From positions 36,841-100,840 of the IMG/VR virus record IMGVR_UViG_3300017917_002759: a stretch of 64,000 bases of DNA; one strand, given 5' to 3'. Each line of letters starts with the position of its first letter. The stretch's first letter is position 1. The stretch comes from a virus. The notes beneath the pieces were generated by a model. The model did not search any database. It was not told where the DNA came from and saw only the letters and a list, made by a program, of their open reading frames with translations. This document shows positions 59,657 to 64,000 of the stretch, piece after piece. Position numbers and translations under genes: made by a program.

Positions 59657-59881
59657 ACTAGTATGTAGCCCAAAGGGGTCTTGCAGGGTAAAAAAATACT
59701 GCGCAAATTTTTTTGATTTTAGAAAATGGAAGATTAGGGGTAAAAATTTGCCCGCGCAAAAAATTTGTGTTTAACTACTTTTTCATCGGCCTGGTGGTTT
59801 TGCTACCCCATGTTGTAAAATAACAACACTACACACACTACGCCCCCCACCCCCCACCGTGAGGGGACCGGCCCCCGAACC

Positions 59882-60106
59882 TTACTTGATCTCTTTGAGC
59901 TTGTTCAGTGCGTTCTTTGACTCCAGCTTGCTGAGCTCGATGTCATAGGCGAACTTGCAGAACCATGCCAAGGCTATCACAGCCAGGATCGCGCCTGCCA
60001 CTGCCAAGCTAAGGAAGTGTATGGCTAGATTAACTGCTACTGCGCCCAGTACTGCTGCGCCCAAGATCTTGGCCACGTTTAGAGCTGCCATCTGTTTGAT
60101 ATTCAT
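59882..60106 (-). CDS. Small membrane protein
   Basis: Two hydrophobic segments; GAAAGG SD. Confidence 0.65.
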   Translation of the reverse strand: MNIKQMAALNVAKILGAAVLGAVAVNLAIHFLSLAVAGAILAVIALAWFCKFAYDIELSKLESKNALNKLKEIK

Positions 60107-60110
60107 AGTA

Positions 60111-60302
60111 TTACCTTTCATCATAGTATTGTGAATTGTTCAGGCCCAGTGTGCCACAATAAGCGATAGCTAGGCCTATGACTGCTACTAGGAGTTGCTG
60201 CCAGAAGTAGTCGATCTTGCTAGGATCTTCCATGCCGCCCACTGCGCCGAATGTCAATAAGAATCCCAGGAAGATCATGAGTGCTGCTGTGCGTGTAGTC
60301 AT
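60111..60302 (-). CDS. Small membrane protein
   Basis: Start MTTRTAAL after AAGGAG; two hydrophobic segments. Confidence 0.7.
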   Translation of the reverse strand: MTTRTAALMIFLGFLLTFGAVGGMEDPSKIDYFWQQLLVAVIGLAIAYCGTLGLNNSQYYDER

Positions 60303-60312
60303 TGTGTTCTCC

Positions 60313-60648
60313 TTAGTCCAAACGTGAGCCAGCGTAGGCTTCGATGCCGTGTTGCTTGAGTACTTCAGCGTAGGCTCGTGCGCCCGTTTCCAGTGTGTCG
60401 ATGTTCTGGCAACCGAACTTAGAGGGGTTCCACAGTTGCAGGCTACCCGTGTAGGATTTACGGAAGCCCACGGCCTGCAGGGCCCGGCCCAGCTTACTGT
60501 TGCTGCGGACCTTATAGACATCTACCCAGGCAAAGCCACAGGCGAAACGGTCCTGGCCGCCCAGCTGCTCTGTGAAGTACTTGCGGGCTGCTGCTTCTGC
60601 TGCCTGGCTAGCTGCTTGGTGGATTTGGGGGATCTGTGTTTCAATCAT
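60313..60648 (-). CDS. Hypothetical phage protein
   Basis: AAGGAG SD; ACGFAWV...AYAGSRLD. Confidence 0.75.
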   Translation of the reverse strand: MIETQIPQIHQAASQAAEAAARKYFTEQLGGQDRFACGFAWVDVYKVRSNSKLGRALQAVGFRKSYTGSLQLWNPSKFGCQNIDTLETGARAYAEVLKQHGIEAYAGSRLD

Positions 60649-60658
60649 CGTTCGCTCC

Positions 60659-60739
60659 TTAGTAAGGGTATGCTGCTACAGCGATCATCACTGCTGTGAC
60701 CAAGTACAACCAACCAATGCTTATACGTTTCTGCATCAT
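60659..60739 (-). CDS. 26-aa hydrophobic micropeptide MMQKRISIGWLYLVTAVMIAVAAYPY
   Basis: First ORF after promoter; AAGGAG SD; TAA overlaps SD of next gene. Confidence 0.6.
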   Translation of the reverse strand: MMQKRISIGWLYLVTAVMIAVAAYPY

Positions 60740-60767
60740 GCGCTCCTTGTTGTTTAACAATAACTCT

Positions 60768-60796
60768 ATTATACGATCACAGCGCCAAAAGGTCAA
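60768..60796 (-). promoter_or_regulatory. sigma70-type early promoter
   Basis: TTGACC-N17-TATAAT. Confidence 0.85.
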
Positions 60797-61296
60797 CCGA
60801 TTTGTGATCTAGCACGGGCCAATAACCCTGCGTCCGCTCGGGTCATTACTGCCAGCAGGGCTCGCTTTTCAGCCAGGTAAGTCTCTGCGAACTTGGGATC
60901 GTGTGCTACGATTGATCGTGTGTTAGAGATCAGATCAGCTAACTTCACGGTCTGTGCCTCAGCGGGAGCTGCTGCTGTATGTGCGCGATCGATGGCCTTG
61001 CGGGCAGCTCTGTTACCGTGATCGGGTCTGCTGACATCAGTGAGCCAACCTACCAAATCGCTGACTTCACTGCCGAACTCTGCGCGGATCACTTCGATGC
61101 TGACTCCCGTGTCTTCGACCACATCGTGCAACCACGCTGCTGCTACCATGGAGTCTGTGTGATCGACGGTTTTCACGATCGAGGCCACTTCGGCTGGATG
61201 CACGATGTAGGGCTCGAAGGTGTATTTGCGCAGTTGTCCCACTGCTGCGTGTGCTGCTAGGGCGAACAATCTGGCTCTGGATTCCAATTCTGTCAT
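60793..61296 (-). CDS. HD-domain RelA/SpoT-type hydrolase (small alarmone hydrolase-like)
   Basis: AH..Q.RK..EPYIVHP, WLHDVVEDT, VKLADLISN. Confidence 0.88.
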   Translation of the reverse strand: MTELESRARLFALAAHAAVGQLRKYTFEPYIVHPAEVASIVKTVDHTDSMVAAAWLHDVVEDTGVSIEVIRAEFGSEVSDLVGWLTDVSRPDHGNRAARKAIDRAHTAAAPAEAQTVKLADLISNTRSIVAHDPKFAETYLAEKRALLAVMTRADAGLLARARSQIG

Positions 61297-61305
61297 ATCA
61301 ACTCC

Positions 61306-61374
61306 TTAGGTCAAGGTCAGCATGGCTATGACTTGCAGGGTGCAGATTAGGGTAAGTGCTAGTGCCAGTTTCAT
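61306..61374 (-). CDS. 22-aa hydrophobic micropeptide MKLALALTLICTLQVIAMLTLT
   Basis: First ORF after promoter; AAGGAG SD; TAA overlaps SD of HD gene. Confidence 0.6.
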   Translation of the reverse strand: MKLALALTLICTLQVIAMLTLT

Positions 61375-61401
61375 CGCTCGCTCCTTGTTGTCCATGTGTT
61401 T

Positions 61402-61430
61402 ATTATACGATCACAGGGCCAAAAGGTCAA
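61402..61430 (-). promoter_or_regulatory. sigma70-type early promoter (near-copy of 60768-60796)
   Basis: TTGACC-N17-TATAAT. Confidence 0.85.
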
Positions 61431-61435
61431 CCAAA

Positions 61436-61666
61436 TTATGTGTGGTATTTTTGCAACAGTTCCTGTGCTTGCTCACAGTGGGCAGGATCTGTGATCTCTT
61501 CATCGATGCACTCGAGGATGATCAAGTTGTAGAGCGTGATCGCTTCCTGGCGATATCTACGTGGCAGGGCCCTGATCAGCTGCTGCAGATCCTCATGTGT
61601 TTCGCACTGCCAGATCAGCTCACAGAGCTGCTTCTGTTTCTCGGATAGATTCTTGATGGTTGGCAC
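61436..61666 (-). CDS. Hypothetical protein
   Basis: GTG start with AAGGAG SD. Confidence 0.65.
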   Translation of the reverse strand: MPTIKNLSEKQKQLCELIWQCETHEDLQQLIRALPRRYRQEAITLYNLIILECIDEEITDPAHCEQAQELLQKYHT

Positions 61667-62327
61667 TGATCTGCTCCTTGCGATAGTTGATGGCTTCTGC
61701 CCATTGCTCCGCTTTCATTGACCAACAGCGGAACACACCGTCTGTGATCACATCACGGAAGATCTCGTCGAATGCAGCCACACGGTCCGAGGATGAGTGT
61801 TCCTTGTCCCAGGAGATCTGCATGTTGTTGGTAGGATTCTTAACCCAATAGGTGATCTGCTTGACCCCGCGTACGATCACGTGGCTGAAGTCGTTCTTGT
61901 CCAGGCTCAGGAACCAGTAATCACGTTCTGTGTTACACTTGTGCGCGATCACCAACTCTGCGAACTTCTTGTCTGTGATCTTGTTAGCGATCTTCAACTC
62001 GCGGTAGTTATCGAGGCTGAGATCAGTGAAGGCCCACAGGAATCCCAGCTTGGAGAATGCGTTATCCGAACCACCGATCGAAGTCTTGATATTGACCACG
62101 TGATCCACACCCGTGGAGTCTGTGACCGTCATATCACCGAATCCCCTGAGCTGGCCTTCTTTGATGTGATTGGCGAATCTAGGATCAGCCTTGAGCCAAG
62201 CGATGATCTGATCTTCGTCTTGTTTGGAATTAACGCGACCTTCGTTGTTCTCACGGATGGCCTTCAAGTTGCTGCCCTTGAGGGCGGCCACGATATCGTT
62301 TAGGATCTGCGGTGCTTGTGTGTTCAT
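61620..62327 (-). CDS. Putative PD-(D/E)xK restriction-endonuclease-like protein
   Basis: E..I, FGDMTV...VNIKTS spacing resembles type II REase active sites. Confidence 0.45.
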   Translation of the reverse strand: MNTQAPQILNDIVAALKGSNLKAIRENNEGRVNSKQDEDQIIAWLKADPRFANHIKEGQLRGFGDMTVTDSTGVDHVVNIKTSIGGSDNAFSKLGFLWAFTDLSLDNYRELKIANKITDKKFAELVIAHKCNTERDYWFLSLDKNDFSHVIVRGVKQITYWVKNPTNNMQISWDKEHSSSDRVAAFDEIFRDVITDGVFRCWSMKAEQWAEAINYRKEQISANHQESIRETEAAL

Positions 62328-62542
62328 AGTCTTATTATAGCCCCAATCACGTAGATTGTCAAGAGTCCTGCATTCACGGCCACCAAGTTCCAGTCACGGA
62401 CCTTCAATGACCAATACAGGTAAAGAACCGCTCCTAGATTCAGGAACAGGATGTTAAAGGGATCCCAGGCCAAGCTGGTGAATAGTGCTCCTACTAGGGT
62501 AAAGAGCAAGGCTGTGTGTTTGGCTATGTTTTCTAATTTCAT
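62324..62542 (-). CDS. Small membrane protein
   Basis: Three hydrophobic segments; ATG 62542 lies 6 nt after TATAAT. Confidence 0.65.
   Translation of the reverse strand: MKLENIAKHTALLFTLVGALFTSLAWDPFNILFLNLGAVLYLYWSLKVRDWNLVAVNAGLLTIYVIGAIIRL
62334..62362 (-). promoter_or_regulatory. sigma70 consensus promoter
   Basis: TTGACA-N17-TATAAT. Confidence 0.85.
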
Positions 62543-62548
62543 AACCAA

Positions 62549-62577
62549 ATTATAGCAGATTTTGGATAAGTTGTCAA
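62549..62577 (-). promoter_or_regulatory. sigma70 consensus promoter
   Basis: TTGACA-N17-TATAAT. Confidence 0.85.
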
Positions 62578-62960
62578 GCGTTTTGGATAAGTTTTCCGCC
62601 GTCTTCTTCTGAGATGATCAATCGGACGTTGGTTAGGTTCTTTTTGAGATGTTCTATGAGTTCTTCGCGGTTCTTGCCCTGACCTAGGAACTGATCGTTG
62701 TCCTTGCGGAACGCATAGAGCTGCCCCTGATGCTGTTCGATCTTGATCTCCATGGGAGTCAGTTCTACTTCTTCTGGGGCACCCGTGGCATCCTGTAGAT
62801 TCCGATCGATCCTAGCTTTGACCTTCTGTAGTTGTGCATCGCTCACGCCTAGATCCTTGAGCAGCTCACGGAAGGCCATGGTGTTAGTCCAGTTGGCCAC
62901 TGCTTTGCCCGCGATGTAGCCGATGATGAATCCCACAAAGATTAGAATGTATTCGTCCAT
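62574..62960 (-). CDS. Membrane-anchored hypothetical protein
   Basis: N-terminal TM helix; TAAATA-N5-ATG. Confidence 0.7.
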   Translation of the reverse strand: MDEYILIFVGFIIGYIAGKAVANWTNTMAFRELLKDLGVSDAQLQKVKARIDRNLQDATGAPEEVELTPMEIKIEQHQGQLYAFRKDNDQFLGQGKNREELIEHLKKNLTNVRLIISEEDGGKLIQNA

Positions 62961-62968
62961 GCTGTTAT

Positions 62969-63211
62969 TTAATAATCTACTGTTACGCTTCCTAGTTCGG
63001 AATCGTAGGTTAAAAAGACCTTGTCTGTGACCTCTTCGCCTATCATGTCATCATAGTAGGTTACGCTGTAGCAGAACTGGCCTGCGTTGGTGATGCCTAG
63101 GAACTTGGCAGTCTTGAAGCTAACTCCATGATAGCCACTCTGTGCCAGCCCACGTGCTAGAGCCACTGGGGTGAATGAAATCAATGTTTGTAGCCGGTCT
63201 GCTGTGATCAT
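62969..63211 (-). CDS. Hypothetical protein
   Basis: AAGGAG SD after promoter. Confidence 0.7.
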   Translation of the reverse strand: MITADRLQTLISFTPVALARGLAQSGYHGVSFKTAKFLGITNAGQFCYSVTYYDDMIGEEVTDKVFLTYDSELGSVTVDY

Positions 63212-63235
63212 GGTCGCTCCTTGATTGTTTCATAT

Positions 63236-63264
63236 ATTATAGCACCTTTTGGCACCGCTGTCAA
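63236..63264 (-). promoter_or_regulatory. sigma70 consensus promoter
   Basis: TTGACA-N17-TATAAT. Confidence 0.85.
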
Positions 63265-63266
63265 TC

Positions 63267-63299
63267 AAAAAAAAGACTGTGGCACTTACGCCACAGTCT
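63267..63299 (-). terminator. Rho-independent terminator
   Basis: agactgtggc/gccacagtct 10-bp stem plus T-run on minus strand. Confidence 0.88.
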
Positions 63300-63331
63300 C
63301 CAAGGTCACTGCTGCCGGGAGCGAATCGGAC

Positions 63332-63640
63332 TTAGGCAGTAACAGCCTCTGCCTTCACGGCAGTAGCTTTCACAGCAGCTTTTGCGGCCACTGGATTCTT
63401 CTTCTCGATGTAAGCGAGCGCAGCCTCTACAGCAGCGTTGCCTGCACCGAATCCACGAGCACGTAGCTCACGGACGATCTCGCCTTTGGTCATAGGCTCT
63501 GACAGCTCCACCAACTCTACGTCGGTATGACCATTCTTGGCGAGAATCTTGATACGCATCACGTCATTTGCGAAGCGCATCTTGGTCTTGCCATTGAGGG
63601 TTGAAACACCTGCTACGGTAAATTGCTTTTCGGTTGCCAT
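63332..63640 (-). CDS. Small basic protein with Ala/Lys-rich tail (possible DNA-binding)
   Basis: AAGGAG SD; FTVAGVS..K.RFAND; AAKAAVKA tail. Confidence 0.65.
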   Translation of the reverse strand: MATEKQFTVAGVSTLNGKTKMRFANDVMRIKILAKNGHTDVELVELSEPMTKGEIVRELRARGFGAGNAAVEAALAYIEKKNPVAAKAAVKATAVKAEAVTA

Positions 63641-63678
63641 TTTCAAGTTCTCCTTGTGTGAGTGTGTAAAAGTACTGC

Positions 63679-63879
63679 TTATGCCTCTGGTGCTACAAAT
63701 GAATCCGGGATTGGAATCAGTTGTATAGTCACCGACTCAGTCTCATCAAGGGCTTCAATGAAACTGTCGTCATAGATCAAGTCTTTGAGTGCTAGGTCCA
63801 AGAGCTCTTCGACTTTGGTTGTGTCAGCTCGGCCGTTACTCGCACACTCTACTACGAACGCAAATTTGAATGTTCTCAT
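63679..63879 (-). CDS. Hypothetical protein
   Basis: ATG 63879 lies 6 nt after TATAAT. Confidence 0.6.
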   Translation of the reverse strand: MRTFKFAFVVECASNGRADTTKVEELLDLALKDLIYDDSFIEALDETESVTIQLIPIPDSFVAPEA

Positions 63880-63885
63880 GCTCTT

Positions 63886-63914
63886 ATTATAAACTCTATT
63901 CAATCCAATGTCAA
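63886..63914 (-). promoter_or_regulatory. sigma70 consensus promoter
   Basis: TTGACA-N17-TATAAT. Confidence 0.85.
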
Positions 63915-64000
63915 TCGGAAATCAATCCAATTTTCTTGTTTTCTTCGACGCCGTCCTTGATCCAAGTCGTGAGCTCTTCTTCGTTCTCGGCTTCGTATTC
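63911..64000 (-). CDS. 3' end of a gene beginning beyond the window
   Basis: Open frame ...EYEAENEEELTTWIKDGVEENKKIGLISD*. Confidence 0.5.
   Translation of the reverse strand, partial: EYEAENEEELTTWIKDGVEENKKIGLISD

Noticed and set aside
60349-62303. Plus-strand ORFs of 60-170 aa in the right-hand region
   Set aside because: Antisense to minus-strand genes that have clear promoters and SD sites; expected in higher-GC DNA
1-64000. Stop-codon reassignment, tRNA genes, CRISPR arrays, introns or inteins in terminase/helicases
   Set aside because: Core genes are full-length and uninterrupted in the standard code; no cloverleaf or repeat-spacer array recognised by eye (a tRNA/covariance scan was not run)

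Overview
A 64-kb segment of a large T4-supergroup (jumbo-type) myophage genome, densely coding in the standard genetic code. Left to right: (1) 1-16.3 kb, a fibre/virion island with fibre genes, three tail-collar paralogues, three 'KCPG' paralogues, a five-gene operon (two flavin-dependent halogenases, a carbamoyltransferase, two 2OG-Fe(II) oxygenases) and a subtilisin; (2) 17-33.7 kb, neck, tail, head-completion and terminase genes; (3) 33.8-56.2 kb, replication/recombination genes (gp32, UvsX, UvsY, UvsW, a 193-aa mini-DnaE, primase, helicase) interrupted by a 9.4-kb glycosylation island; (4) 56.4-64 kb, a visibly more GC-rich, GATC-dense region of small genes with many consensus sigma70 promoters, structured non-coding DNA and unannotated micro-ORFs. 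Main patterns: pervasive promoter-N4-7-ATG (leaderless) gene starts, late-promoter control of the halogenase and glycosyltransferase clusters (suggesting chemical decoration of the virion), and repeated promoter/micropeptide/cargo cassettes. All product calls come from motif recognition by eye; no database search was run.
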